Positions 1 to 9,649 of a stretch of 64,000 nt of DNA are shown here, piece after piece. The notes under the pieces are model-generated. The model worked only from the letters and a program-made list of their open reading frames with translations, searched no databases and had not been told where the DNA came from. Both the position numbers and the translations under genes were made by a program. Origin of the DNA: an uncultured Alphaproteobacteria bacterium (lineage in GTDB: Bacteria > Pseudomonadota > Alphaproteobacteria > Rhizobiales > Beijerinckiaceae); contig CAVQMU010000002.1 of the NCBI GenBank assembly GCA_963713695.1, positions 564,041 to 628,040 of the forward strand, written 5' to 3'. Numbering within the stretch: position 1 is the first letter of the stretch; each line of letters opens with the position of its first letter.

Positions 1-556
1 TCGAGCATCATGGCGTCGGCGTAGCCTTTGCGCTCCGCCCTGTGCTTGGAAATGGTGCAGATCATGTAAAGGCCGGCGGCCTTGGAATGGCAGGGCGCGG
101 TCATGGGATCGGGGCGGCGGTAATCGGCGATGTCGAGCTTGATGCCCTTCATCTTTGTTTCCATGTCGAACATCGACGGCCAGTCCCATGCGGCGATGGC
201 GACGTTGATGGTGGCGTGCTGCGCCGCCACGGCCATCATTTCCGAACCGCGCCAGGCGACCGGCCGAACATAGCAGTTCTCGAAGCCGTTTTTCTCGACC
301 ACCAAAGCCTTGGCGGCGTCGAGTTCCTCCAGCGAATAGGGGATTTCGAAATCGAGCAATTGCGCCGAATTCTTGAAGCGCTCGGAATGTTCGCGCGTCT
401 TGAAGATCACGCCGCCATAGGCGCGCTCGCCTTCAAAGCAGCACGACGCGTAATGCAGCCCATGCGACAGGACATGCAGCTTCGCGTCCTTCCATGGGAC
501 CAGGGCGCCGTTCATCCAGATGAACCCATCGCGCTGGTCGAAAGGCAGGACAGACA
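1..556 (-). CDS. ilvE: branched-chain amino acid aminotransferase IlvE (N-terminal ~185 aa; 3' end lies beyond the window start)
   Basis: Minus-strand translation from the ATG at 554-556 reads MSVLPFDQRDGFIWMNGALVPWKDAKLHVLSHGLHYASCCFEGERAY..., a typical IlvE N-terminus. The plus-strand ORF 42..596 is its shadow. Confidence 0.85.
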
Positions 557-614
557 TCGCAGGCTCCTCAAAACGGCTCTTTTCCGGGAAGCTTGACGAC
601 TAGCAACCGACCTG

Positions 615-641
615 AAATATGTCAATAGAACTGACATATTT
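615..641. promoter_or_regulatory. perfect 10-bp inverted repeat AAATATGTCA-N7-TGACATATTT in the ilvE/marR divergent intergenic region; candidate MarR operator
   Basis: Palindrome read directly from the sequence, about 60 bp upstream of the MarR-family ORF. MarR regulators typically bind such dyads in their own promoters. Confidence 0.4.
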
Positions 642-700
642 TACCGGCGGCGCCGGGGAAAGGGTCTGGCTCCCGATGGAAGACGCTCTGCAGCGCAAGC

Positions 701-1183
701 TTGCGCAGCCGCGCCTTGTTCCGCGGGAGGTCGAACTCCGAGCCCATGTTCGACCTGATCGAACTGTTTTTCTTCGCCTATCGCGATTTCGTCGGCGACG
801 CCGACCGCTTGCTGGTGCGCTACAATTTCGGCCGCGCCCACCATCGCGTGCTGCATTTCGTCGATCGTCGCCCGGGCCTGGCCGTCGCCGAATTGCTGGA
901 CCTCCTGAAAATCACCAAGCAAAGCCTCAGCCGCGTGCTCAAGGACCTTCTCGACCAGACTTACATCGAGCAGCGGCCCGGCCTGTCCGATCGCCGCCAG
1001 CGCCTGCTGTACCCGACCGACAAGGGCCGCGCTCTGGCGCTGGAGCTGGCGCAATTGCAGTCGCGGCGCTTCGCCCGGGCCATGGACGGCTTGCCGGAAG
1101 GCGCGCGGGAGCAGGCGGCGGCCTTCCTCGCCGCCATGACCGATCGGACGACCTGGGATCCCGCCCCCGGAGAGACGGCATGA
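701..1183 (+). CDS. MarR-family transcriptional regulator
   Basis: Winged-helix MarR-like sequence (…LLDLLKITKQSLSRVLKDLLDQTYIEQRPGLSDRRQRLLYPTDKGRAL…). The real start may be the internal Met near 746. The stop overlaps the start of the next gene (ATGA). Confidence 0.8.
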   Translation: MRSRALFRGRSNSEPMFDLIELFFFAYRDFVGDADRLLVRYNFGRAHHRVLHFVDRRPGLAVAELLDLLKITKQSLSRVLKDLLDQTYIEQRPGLSDRRQRLLYPTDKGRALALELAQLQSRRFARAMDGLPEGAREQAAAFLAAMTDRTTWDPAPGETA

Positions 1184-1914
1184 TCGAAACAAACGCATTG
1201 CCGCCCGCCGACGACGCCATGCACTTGCTGATCGTCGATGACGACAGACGCATCCGCCAGCTGCTCACACGCTTCCTGCAAGGCGAGGGGTTTCGCGTCA
1301 CCTCGGCCGAAAGCGCCGAGGACGCCTACGCGCGATTGCGCGGCCTCCATTTCGACCTCATCATACTCGACGTGATGATGCCGGGCCAGAACGGCTATGA
1401 GTTCGCGGCCCGCATTCGCGCCGAAAATTCGCCGCTCGCCCAGGCGCCGATACTCATGCTCACCGCCCGCGCCGAAACCGAGGACCGGGTCAAGGGGCTC
1501 GAAGCCGGCGCCGACGATTATCTTCCGAAACCTTTCGATCCGCGCGAACTGTCCCTGCGCGTGACCTCCATCCTGCGTCGTTCCGCGCCGCGCGTGATCG
1601 CGCAGAGCGCGCCCGGCCAGAATGCGGTGCGCTTCGGCGACTTCGCCTTCGATCCGGACCGGGGCGAATTGCGCCAGGGCGACGAAGTGATCCGCATAAC
1701 CGAGCGCGAGCGCGACATGCTGCGCATCCTCGTCGAAAATCCCGGCGGGACGGTTTCGCGCGAAGCGCTCGGCGGCGGCGGCGGCGCGGCCAACGAGCGC
1801 ACGGTCGACGTGCAGGTCAACCGTCTCCGGCGGAAGATTGAGGCGGACCCGGCCAATCCGCTTCATCTGCAGACGGTGCGCGGCCTCGGCTACAAGCTGG
1901 CGGTCGATCGATGA
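1180..1914 (+). CDS. OmpR/PhoB-family response regulator (receiver plus winged-helix DNA-binding domain)
   Basis: LLIVDDDRRIRQLL…DLIILDVMMPGQNGYEF…LTARAETEDRVKGLEAGADDYLPKPFDPRELSLRV…TVDVQVNRLRRKIE…GLGYKL. ATGA overlap with the MarR stop. Confidence 0.9.
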   Translation: MIETNALPPADDAMHLLIVDDDRRIRQLLTRFLQGEGFRVTSAESAEDAYARLRGLHFDLIILDVMMPGQNGYEFAARIRAENSPLAQAPILMLTARAETEDRVKGLEAGADDYLPKPFDPRELSLRVTSILRRSAPRVIAQSAPGQNAVRFGDFAFDPDRGELRQGDEVIRITERERDMLRILVENPGGTVSREALGGGGGAANERTVDVQVNRLRRKIEADPANPLHLQTVRGLGYKLAVDR

Positions 1915-3278
1915 ATCCGGCGGCGCGGGCGCTTCTTCTCGGACGTCATGCCTGGCGCGCCTTCGCCCGTGGCGTCGCCAGCTTCATGCCCAAGGGGCTT
2001 TACGCCCGCTCGCTGCTCATCGTCATCGTGCCCATGGTCATCCTGCAATCGGCGATCGCGCTCGTCTTCATGGAGCGCCACTGGCAATTGGTGACATTTC
2101 GCTTGTCGAACGCCGTGACGCAGGACATTGCGGCGCTGATCGACATCCACCGCGACTTCGGCAAGCTCGATCCCGACAATTCGAAGCTCGAGGAGATCGC
2201 CCGCAAGCGGCTCAACCTGGAGGCGGAGATACTGCCTGCCGGGCCCTTGCCGCCAGCACTGCCAAAGCCCTTCTTCTCGCTGGTCGACCGCGCCATGTCC
2301 TCGGAAATCGGCCGCCTGATCCGGATGCCCTACTGGATCGACACGGTCGGGCAATCCGATTTCATCGAAGTGCGCATCGACATGGGCGACGCCATCCTGC
2401 GAGTCGTGGCGCATCGCAGCCAGGCCTATGCATCCAACACCCATATTTTCATCGTCTGGATGGTTGGCACCTCGCTGGTGCTGATCATTCTCGCCATTCT
2501 CTTCCTGCGCAACCAGATCAGGCCCATTCTGGCGCTGGCCGACGCCGCGGAAGAATTCGGCAAGGGGCGCGAGGTGGAGTTCCGGCCGCGCGGCGCCCGC
2601 GAAGTGCGCCGCGCCGCCTACGCCTTCATGGAAATGAAGCGCCGCATCGAGCGGGCGATGGAGCAGCGCACGACGATGCTCAACGGCGTCAGCCATGACC
2701 TTCGCACCATCCTGACCCGTTTCAAGCTGTCGCTGGCCCTGCTCGGCGACGAGGCGGAAGTGGAGGAATTGTCCGGCGACGTGGACGAGATGCAGCGCAT
2801 GCTCGAAGCCTATCTGGCTTTTGCCAGGGGCGACATCGGCGAGGCCGCCGCGCCGACCGACATTCCGGCCTTGCTTGGCGCCTTGCGCCAGGAATCGGAA
2901 AGGCTCGGCCACGAAACCCATGTGGTCTTCGCAGGCGAGCCGATCGCCACAGTGCGGCCCGACGCCTTCAAGCGCTGCCTCGCCAACCTTCTCAACAACG
3001 CCTTGCGGCACGGCGAAAAGATCAGCATCGAGGGCTCCTGCGACCAGAAATTCCTGCTGATCCATGTGGATGACGATGGACCGGGGATACCGCCGGATTC
3101 GCGCGAAAATGTCTTTCGGCCCTTCGTGCGGCTGGACGAGGCGCGCAACCAGGACGAAGGCGGCACGGGCCTTGGCCTGTCCATCGCCCGCGACGTGGCG
3201 CGCGCGCACGGCGGCGACGTCTTTCTCGCAAAAAGCCCGATGGGGGGCTTGCGCGCCAGCGTGCGCGTGCCTGTATAA
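1911..3278 (+). CDS. sensor histidine kinase (two TM segments, HAMP, HisKA, HATPase_c)
   Basis: H-box [14 protein letters not shown]-boxes (LNNALRHG…DDDGPGIP…[13 protein letters not shown]). ATGA start overlap with the response-regulator stop, so the three genes form one MarR-RR-HK operon. Confidence 0.9.
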   Translation: MNPAARALLLGRHAWRAFARGVASFMPKGLYARSLLIVIVPMVILQSAIALVFMERHWQLVTFRLSNAVTQDIAALIDIHRDFGKLDPDNSKLEEIARKRLNLEAEILPAGPLPPALPKPFFSLVDRAMSSEIGRLIRMPYWIDTVGQSDFIEVRIDMGDAILRVVAHRSQAYASNTHIFIVWMVGTSLVLIILAILFLRNQIRPILALADAAEEFGKGREVEFRPRGAREVRRAAYAFMEMKRRIERAMEQRTTMLNGVSHDLRTILTRFKLSLALLGDEAEVEELSGDVDEMQRMLEAYLAFARGDIGEAAAPTDIPALLGALRQESERLGHETHVVFAGEPIATVRPDAFKRCLANLLNNALRHGEKISIEGSCDQKFLLIHVDDDGPGIPPDSRENVFRPFVRLDEARNQDEGGTGLGLSIARDVARAHGGDVFLAKSPMGGLRASVRVPV

Positions 3279-3319
3279 GCAGGAAAGCGCCGGCCAGCGC
3301 AGCCGTCGGCCCGAAGGAC

Positions 3320-4177
3320 TTGCAAATGAACCTCGTTGAAATGGCTATGGCCGATCTCGCCGGCGCCGAGACTTTTCCGCTCGACGCCATCATGACCCTG
3401 CGCCAGAAATGGAGCGAGGCTCGCCCGGCTCTGATGGCGCGACTGGCTGCCTGCGTTTCCGGCGCCGATCGCTCGCCGGAGAACGCCGAGACGGTTTTTT
3501 TCGCCCTGCACCTGCTGGCGGAAAAGCGCGAAACCGAGGCTTTCGCGCCGCTGGTCTCGCTTTCGCTGGAAGGCGATGCGCTTTACGAGCTGATCGGCGA
3601 CGCCACCACCGAAACCCTGCCGCAGATTTTCATCAGCCTCTACGACGGCGATTTGCAAAAGCTGAAAGCGCTGGTCGAGTCGCCGCAGGCCGATCCATGG
3701 GCGCGCGTCGCGGCGCTCGAATGCCTTTCGTGGCTGGCGGCAGGCGGCGACATCCCGATGGAGGAGGCGCGCACATATCTCGGCCAGAGTTTCGAAACCC
3801 TGCAGCCGCGCGAGGCTGATCCAATCTGGTTTGGCTGGCAGAATTGCGTGGCGCTGCTCGGTTTTTCGGACCTCGAGCCGCAGGTGGTCCGCGCCTTCCG
3901 CCAGGGGCTGGTGGACAAGGAGGTTCTCGCCTTCGAGGACTTCAAGGCCGACCTGATCGCCAATCGCGGCGCGACGGACCGCCGCGCCCTGATGGAGGAG
4001 CGCGGGCTGAAACCCATTGACGATGCGCTGGAGGCGCTGGCGGCTTTCGATGGCGAGGAGGAAGAGGCCGAACCTGAAACGCCCGCGGCAAACCCCAACC
4101 GCGCCATCGGCCGCAACGATCCCTGTCCGTGTGGGAGCGGCAAGAAGTACAAGAAATGCTGTCTGGCGGCGGAGTGA
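3320..4177 (+). CDS. DUF1186/SEC-C-motif protein (YecA-like)
   Basis: C-terminal metal-binding SEC-C motif [15 protein letters not shown] with an acidic linker and a helical N-terminal domain. Confidence 0.75.
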   Translation: MQMNLVEMAMADLAGAETFPLDAIMTLRQKWSEARPALMARLAACVSGADRSPENAETVFFALHLLAEKRETEAFAPLVSLSLEGDALYELIGDATTETLPQIFISLYDGDLQKLKALVESPQADPWARVAALECLSWLAAGGDIPMEEARTYLGQSFETLQPREADPIWFGWQNCVALLGFSDLEPQVVRAFRQGLVDKEVLAFEDFKADLIANRGATDRRALMEERGLKPIDDALEALAAFDGEEEEAEPETPAANPNRAIGRNDPCPCGSGKKYKKCCLAAE

Positions 4178-4500
4178 GGGCTGCAGGTGAGCGTCCGAGT
4201 CGCGATCTGTATTATTTGCATGGATTTCCCGAAACAGTCCAGATAGTGTCGCCGAAATGAACGTTTCGAATGGTGCAACCATGCGTTTTGATCAATTTCT
4301 ATCCAAGAAATCAAAGAATAGAATCAATCGTCTTGTCGCAATTCCTCTTAAATCTGCCATTATAATATTCAAAGCCGTCCATGACGTTTTGATTAATCGA
4401 AACAACACGAAGGTGTCGTTCCAAAGGTTCAGCAACGGACGACAAAACGTCTTTATCTTGATCGCGTTGGTCATGAGCGGAAGGGTCGGATGCGCTGTCG

Positions 4501-5355
4501 GTGACGCTTATCGCGTTTACCAATGGCTGCCGTTCCGGATCTTTCTTGATCGGGTGCGAGTCGAGTCGGCGGCCGCAACCGGAAGAAATCCTGATTGTCA
4601 ATTACGATCAAAAGGCGGACGCAACATCTGGAAAACAGCGTGTTCTGCGGATATCAAATCTTTATTATACTGCGGAAAACAGCGAAAAGAGGCTGTTTTC
4701 TCCTTATTTTGCGCATCCTCAATTCTATCGTCGGCGGCTGCATGAGACCGTTGGGCGGATGAGGGATAAAAACAGGAACATAAGGATATTTTTCGCGGGA
4801 ACGAGAAGCAATGTATATTCGCGTTATTTCAAGTTCAATATGCTCAGCAGGGATAAGATAATCGACCGATTGCAAGCAAGATATGCGTCAACACTCAGCG
4901 CGGAGTCTTCGACCTTGGACAAGGCGCCATTCGTGATGGCCATGACCGAAGACACTCGCGACACCGTATCGAAGCACAAGCTCTCGATGGATTCGTATCT
5001 CGACGCCATGTCGCGTTCTGATTTTTTTATATGTCCGCCGGGGTTGCTGGTGCCCCACTCGCATAATATCGCGGAAGCGATGTCTGTCGGCACGATCCCG
5101 ATTACCAACTATCACGATTATATGCGCCCGAAGCTGACAGGCGGCCAGGACTGTCTCTCGTTCAATTCTCTGGAGGAGCTTGATGAGGCGGTCGACCGCG
5201 CGCTAGCGATGACTTCGGAAGAAGTCGAGCGTCTCCGCAAGAACGTGATTTCCTATTATAAAAAATACATGGATCCTGTAGCGTTCGGAGAAAAAATCAG
5301 GTCGTCCTCCAAGCTTGTCGAGGAAATAGTCGTCAACGACGAGTCTGGACTCTGA
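4501..5355 (+). CDS. exostosin/GT47-like glycosyltransferase (AT-rich, probably horizontally acquired)
   Basis: C-terminal motif SDFFICPPGLLVPHSHNIAEAMSVGTIPI resembles the exostosin GT47 signature (S.FCL.P.G…R..EA…GCIPV). The region 4200-5400 is conspicuously AT-rich against the GC-rich background. The start is uncertain. Confidence 0.6.
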   Translation: MTLIAFTNGCRSGSFLIGCESSRRPQPEEILIVNYDQKADATSGKQRVLRISNLYYTAENSEKRLFSPYFAHPQFYRRRLHETVGRMRDKNRNIRIFFAGTRSNVYSRYFKFNMLSRDKIIDRLQARYASTLSAESSTLDKAPFVMAMTEDTRDTVSKHKLSMDSYLDAMSRSDFFICPPGLLVPHSHNIAEAMSVGTIPITNYHDYMRPKLTGGQDCLSFNSLEELDEAVDRALAMTSEEVERLRKNVISYYKKYMDPVAFGEKIRSSSKLVEEIVVNDESGL

Positions 5356-5409
5356 CAGCGAATCCCGGCCGCAGCCGTTTTCCGGGCCCAAGTTCAACGC
5401 CGGTTGAAA

Positions 5410-6399
5410 TTACGCGGAGCGGATCGCGCCAATCGCATGGGGGCCATCGGAGTCCCTCAAGAGATTGTCGAAATAGGCGATGGTCTTGACCAAACCGTCG
5501 CGCAGCGGAACCGTCGGGCGCCAGTCGAGCACCTTTTCCGCTTTTTCAATGGTCGGTTGGCGTTGCTTCGGGTCATCCGAGGGCAGTGGCTGGAAAGCCA
5601 GGCGCGACCTGGAACCGGTGATTTCAATCACGAGTTCCGCCAATTCCTTGATCGTGAATTCCGTGGGATTGCCGATGTTGATCGGACCGGTCACTTCTGG
5701 GCCTGTCGCCATCATGCGGATTTTCGCTTCGATGAGGTCATCGACATAGCAGAACGAGCGCGTCTGGCCGCCGTCGCCAAAAAGGGTGATGTCTTCGCCC
5801 TTCAGCGCCTGGACGATGAAATTGGAGACGACGCGCCCGTCGCTTGGGTGCATGCGCGGTCCATAGGTGTTGAAGATGCGGACGACCTTGGCGGCGAGCT
5901 TGTGCTGCCGAATATAGTCGAAGACCAGGGTTTCCGCGCATCGTTTGCCCTCGTCGTAGCAGGCCCGGAAACCGATCGGATTGACGTTGCCCCAATATTC
6001 CTCCGGCTGCGGATGAACGCCCGGATCGCCGTAGACTTCCGACGTCGAGGCCTGCAGAAATTTAATGCGCAATCGTTTTGCCAGGCCCAGCATGTTGATC
6101 GCCCCGATGACGCTGGTCTTGGTCGTCTGCACGGGGTCATGCTGGTAGTGGATGGGCGAGGCCGGGCAGGCGAGGTTGTAGATTTCGTCCACTTCGACAT
6201 AGAGCGGAAACGTGACGTCGTGGCGCAAGAGCTCGAACGACTTGTGATCGAGCAGATGCGCGACGTTTCGCCGCGTGCCCGTGAAGAAATTGTCGACGCA
6301 GAGGACGTCGTGACCGGCGTCGAGCAGGCGCTCGCACAGGTGCGATCCGAGAAAGCCTGCGCCGCCAGTGACGAGAATTCGTTTATGCACGTCGGTCAC
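5410..6399 (-). CDS. uxs: UDP-glucuronate decarboxylase (UDP-xylose synthase, UXS)
   Basis: Collinear near-identity to eukaryotic and bacterial UXS1: [14 protein letters not shown]…VDNFFTG…YHLASPASP…[13 protein letters not shown]…IFNTYGPRM…DGRVVSNFI. Confidence 0.93.
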   Translation of the reverse strand: MTDVHKRILVTGGAGFLGSHLCERLLDAGHDVLCVDNFFTGTRRNVAHLLDHKSFELLRHDVTFPLYVEVDEIYNLACPASPIHYQHDPVQTTKTSVIGAINMLGLAKRLRIKFLQASTSEVYGDPGVHPQPEEYWGNVNPIGFRACYDEGKRCAETLVFDYIRQHKLAAKVVRIFNTYGPRMHPSDGRVVSNFIVQALKGEDITLFGDGGQTRSFCYVDDLIEAKIRMMATGPEVTGPINIGNPTEFTIKELAELVIEITGSRSRLAFQPLPSDDPKQRQPTIEKAEKVLDWRPTVPLRDGLVKTIAYFDNLLRDSDGPHAIGAIRSA

Positions 6400-6527
6400 C
6401 CCGAGGAATGGCTGGATTGCAACCTGTCAAAGACATGGCCGCTTTTAACCTCGCCTTGTCCCCGAAGCAACGCGCCAGACAATGGCTGCGCTCTCGGCGC
6501 CGGGCCGAAATGCGGGGGCGGCAGTTT

Positions 6528-7778
6528 TCATTCCTGCAAATCCCACCAAATGTCCGGCTTCGAAGCCGGGCCGGAGCGCGCGCAAAGCGCATCCAACGCG
6601 GAACGAAATCGCTCCTCCGCCAGGTCGCCCTGCGAAATATTCAGAAAACTGTATGATTGTCCGCGCGCCCGCGCCAGAAGATAGAACCACGGCCGCAGAT
6701 GCTGTTCCTCAGGCAAGAAGCGATTGATTTCGAGAATTCTGAGCGAGGGCTTGCCGAAAACGAGATTGCTCAGGGCGGCGCCATGCGGCGCGATCACCGC
6801 CTGCGCATTATGGAAAAGTTCCGCCTGGCCAAGGAAATCGAGATCTTCAAGATGCACGGGTATAAACCCGCGGTTCCTTGCGTGGGTTTCGACAATGCTG
6901 ATCTCGCTTCCCTGGAGCCGTTGCGTGTCGCGCCTCTGGATCAGGATACGCGGCGGCGATGCCGGGTTGACGCGCAGCTTTTGCCGAATGGGATCATAAA
7001 GGCGATCATATTTCGCGACGCAGGGAAGGAGCGCCTTTTCCTGGCTGTCAATAAAAATCGAATGGACGCGGGGCGCTGTGTAGATTCCGGGCGGCAGTCG
7101 CACAATCTCGTCCGACAGGCCCGAAAGAACCAGCGACTGCTCCCATGTCCGTTCGCTGATGCCGGCTGACCAGACTTTGCTCTTGGGGCGGCGAAGGTCG
7201 GGCGTGGCAATGCGGAACGGCGGGCAACCGACGTGGCGCGCCATCAACATTTTCGGAAGCGCCAGACAAAGCCAATGATAATAATTGCCCCAGGCGTGGT
7301 CCACCCCGACAAAGACATCAAAGTCCAGGCGAACAGCTTGCGCGCGCAATGCGCCGAGGTCGGGGATCGGCAGCCGGTGATTTCGGAGCCGGGCGCTCTG
7401 TTCGACGGGATGCCCCAGCGAGTCCAGGAGCACTCCGTCCTGGCCGGGGCCTATCCAGAAATAGCCGTCGTTCAGGGTGTGGAAATTCAGCGTCAGTTCG
7501 CCTTGACCGGCATGGCGGTCAAGGAGGCGCTCGAGATCGGCAAAAGTCTGTCCCGCGTAGGCAGGCGCGACATGCGACTGCGGCGCAAAGGCGTCGCGCC
7601 AATTGGCGGTGGTTTCCAGCGGGTTAGTGGCGGAAAAAGTCGCGGCCGGATATGTTTGCGCTTTCCTGCGCCGAAACCAACGCGCCACGAACACCACTCC
7701 GGATTTCATTGGGAAAATTTCAAGCGTTTCGCCAATCCTATTGCATTGTTTAGGCGAAATGATCAACTTCCAGGTCAA
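6528..7778 (-). CDS. glycosyltransferase family 61 / DUF563 protein (xylosyl/GlcNAc-transferase-like)
   Basis: DUF563/GT61 signature HAWGNYYHWL and a C-terminal APHGAALSNLVF motif. The real start may be the internal Met near 7709. Confidence 0.75.
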   Translation of the reverse strand: MTWKLIISPKQCNRIGETLEIFPMKSGVVFVARWFRRRKAQTYPAATFSATNPLETTANWRDAFAPQSHVAPAYAGQTFADLERLLDRHAGQGELTLNFHTLNDGYFWIGPGQDGVLLDSLGHPVEQSARLRNHRLPIPDLGALRAQAVRLDFDVFVGVDHAWGNYYHWLCLALPKMLMARHVGCPPFRIATPDLRRPKSKVWSAGISERTWEQSLVLSGLSDEIVRLPPGIYTAPRVHSIFIDSQEKALLPCVAKYDRLYDPIRQKLRVNPASPPRILIQRRDTQRLQGSEISIVETHARNRGFIPVHLEDLDFLGQAELFHNAQAVIAPHGAALSNLVFGKPSLRILEINRFLPEEQHLRPWFYLLARARGQSYSFLNISQGDLAEERFRSALDALCARSGPASKPDIWWDLQE

Positions 7779-7835
7779 ATGTCGCGAACCCGGCTGCGCC
7801 GCCCCCGAACACGTTCGCCAGGCGCTTTGGCGAGG

Positions 7836-8816
7836 CTAGCGCCTGTTCACATAGTCAAAATTACATTTCTGGATCGTCCGCAGCGAGCCTGCCTGAGGCG
7901 GCCCGAGGGCGATCATTTTTTTGAACAGCGCCCTGTGCCTAGCCGAGAAGAGCGCTTTCACGCCGTAGGAAAAAACCTTCGTCAAATAAAATACGAAATA
8001 GTGGACGAATCCCCGATTTTTCCTGACGATATAAAGCAGTGAAATGTCCGATTCCAGCTTGATGATTTCCGGCTTCGCGAAGCTGGCCTGCCCGATGTGC
8101 CTGAAGCTCGCGCCGGAATAATAAACGGCCTTGTATCCGAGCGCTTTCAAGCGATAGCAGATGTCCATCTCCTCGTAGAACAGGAATATGTTCGGGTCGA
8201 ATCCGCCGGCGGCGGCCAGCGCTTCGAGACGAAACATCATGAAGCTGCCATAGACGAAATCGACGGTTACGGGCCGATCGTAAGTCGCCTTCGGGTCCGG
8301 CGGTCGCTGAGCGCTGAAACGGGAGCCGAGCCATCGTCCGAAAACCCGGCTCGCGAGCGTGTCGAATTCGCCAAACGACCGGCAAACCCGTCCGTTCATG
8401 TCCTTGTGCGTCGGCCCGGTCACGCCGACGTCGTCGTTGGCGTCCATATAGGCGACAAGCGGGGTGAAGGCGTCTTCATCGAACGAGGTGTCGCTGTTGA
8501 CGAAAGCGACATATTTGCCGGCGGAATAATTGAGGCCGAGCATGCATCCGAGCCCGAAACCCGCATTCAGGCAGTTGCGCGCCAGAATGAGCCTGTTGTT
8601 GGCCATGGCCCCGAGGCTGGCGCTCAGCGCTTCGAAATGCGCTGTCTCCGATCGGTTGTCGATGACGACGATTTCATAGGCCGTCGCCAGCGTCGACGCG
8701 GCGAATATCGCGACCAGGGATTTCACGCAATCGGCGGTAAGCTCCGGCGTGTTGAAATGAACGATGACGACGGTCAGAACCGGGCGGTCGCGATCGTCGA
8801 ATTTCTGGAAAAACAT
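7836..8816 (-). CDS. family-2 glycosyltransferase (GT-A fold)
   Basis: LTVVIVHFNTPELT…EIVVIDNRSE…NAGFG…YVAFVNSDT…; DxD-containing GT2 architecture. Confidence 0.85.
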   Translation of the reverse strand: MFFQKFDDRDRPVLTVVIVHFNTPELTADCVKSLVAIFAASTLATAYEIVVIDNRSETAHFEALSASLGAMANNRLILARNCLNAGFGLGCMLGLNYSAGKYVAFVNSDTSFDEDAFTPLVAYMDANDDVGVTGPTHKDMNGRVCRSFGEFDTLASRVFGRWLGSRFSAQRPPDPKATYDRPVTVDFVYGSFMMFRLEALAAAGGFDPNIFLFYEEMDICYRLKALGYKAVYYSGASFRHIGQASFAKPEIIKLESDISLLYIVRKNRGFVHYFVFYLTKVFSYGVKALFSARHRALFKKMIALGPPQAGSLRTIQKCNFDYVNRR

Positions 8817-8890
8817 TCAATTGCTCCGGCGTGGCGCTGGGGTCGCCCGGGGTCGTTTGCAGGCGGGGCGATGAAACCCCGCAGGCGCCG

Positions 8891-9580
8891 TCATTCCCGG
8901 CCGCCGAAAAGCCGTTCCGCCAGCCCCTTGAGCGGCGCCGCGAGCGGTTCGAGGAAACGCCGCGCATCTTCGGCCCGCGCCACGAAAATCTCTCCGCGTG
9001 CAAGTTCGCGGTCGAGCGCCGCCATGGTTTTCGCCTGGTCGGTCGCATCGTCCGAAAGCCAGGTGTGAAAGACATGCGTCCAGGCCAGTGTCAGCCCCTG
9101 CAGTTTAAGGGCGCCGAGGGGGCCTTCGCTCGAAAGTCCCGCCGCCTCGAGCATGAAGCGCAGTGAATTGAGGGCGAGCTGGTTGAGGGCGGGCAGGGCG
9201 GTCGGCTCATGCATCGCCCAGTGATTGATGTTTTTCAGCGCCGGCTTGTAGGGCACCATGGCGTCAAAACGCCGCATCAGCACGTCGAACAGCCGGTCTT
9301 TCGGGCTTTCGCCTGCAAGGTCGCCCGTCCCTTCGTGCAGATTGCCGCCGTCGAGCACCTGCTTGTCGATGCGCTTGGAGAAGGCGCCGAGAATGGCGCC
9401 TTTCGAGGGGAAGGCGTCGCGGAACTGGGTGAGGCTGACGCCGGCGCGGTCGGCGACGTCGGAGAGCGATATCTCTTCCCAGGGTTTTTTCGCGGCGAGG
9501 CCCATCAGGGCGTCGACGATTTTTTCGCGGATGTCGCCGGGGGCTTGCGCCTGCTTCTGGTCCTGATGAGGGTCGGTCAT
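8891..9580 (-). CDS. TetR/AcrR-family transcriptional regulator
   Basis: N-terminal HTH EISLSDVADRAGVSLTQFRDAFPSKGAIL followed by a helical ligand-binding domain. Lies directly upstream of, and co-oriented with, the GT2-GT61-uxs genes. Confidence 0.85.
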   Translation of the reverse strand: MTDPHQDQKQAQAPGDIREKIVDALMGLAAKKPWEEISLSDVADRAGVSLTQFRDAFPSKGAILGAFSKRIDKQVLDGGNLHEGTGDLAGESPKDRLFDVLMRRFDAMVPYKPALKNINHWAMHEPTALPALNQLALNSLRFMLEAAGLSSEGPLGALKLQGLTLAWTHVFHTWLSDDATDQAKTMAALDRELARGEIFVARAEDARRFLEPLAAPLKGLAERLFGGRE

Positions 9581-9649
9581 GGCTGTCTCTCCCGGCTATC
9601 TCGCGGAAACATGCGTCAAGAGGCGCAACGCCGCAAGGGCGGAAAGGAT

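Noticed and set aside
619-1914. Long plus-strand ORF (431 aa) beginning at 619 and running through the MarR and response-regulator region
   Set aside because: Its 5' two-thirds is Arg/Pro/Ala-rich GC-frame noise overlapping the MarR gene in another frame. Only the 3' part (from ATG 1180) is the genuine response regulator.
961-4282. Large antisense ORFs 961..1866(-), 1890..3209(-), 2810..4282(-) and similar long ORFs opposite dnaG, rpoD, the MCP, flotillin, prpE-like, purK, adenylate cyclase and other genes (e.g. 18821..19858, 20808..21749, 21855..22700, 27329..28927, 28129..29364, 30974..32908, 33482..34717, 38251..39444, 39744..40667, 44685..45626, 45630..46736, 48448..49314, 50408..51469, 53008..54870, 62694..63431)
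   Set aside because: Typical stop-codon-poor shadow frames of a ~65% GC genome. Their translations are Arg/Ala/Gly/Pro-rich with no domain resemblance, and each overlaps a well-supported gene.
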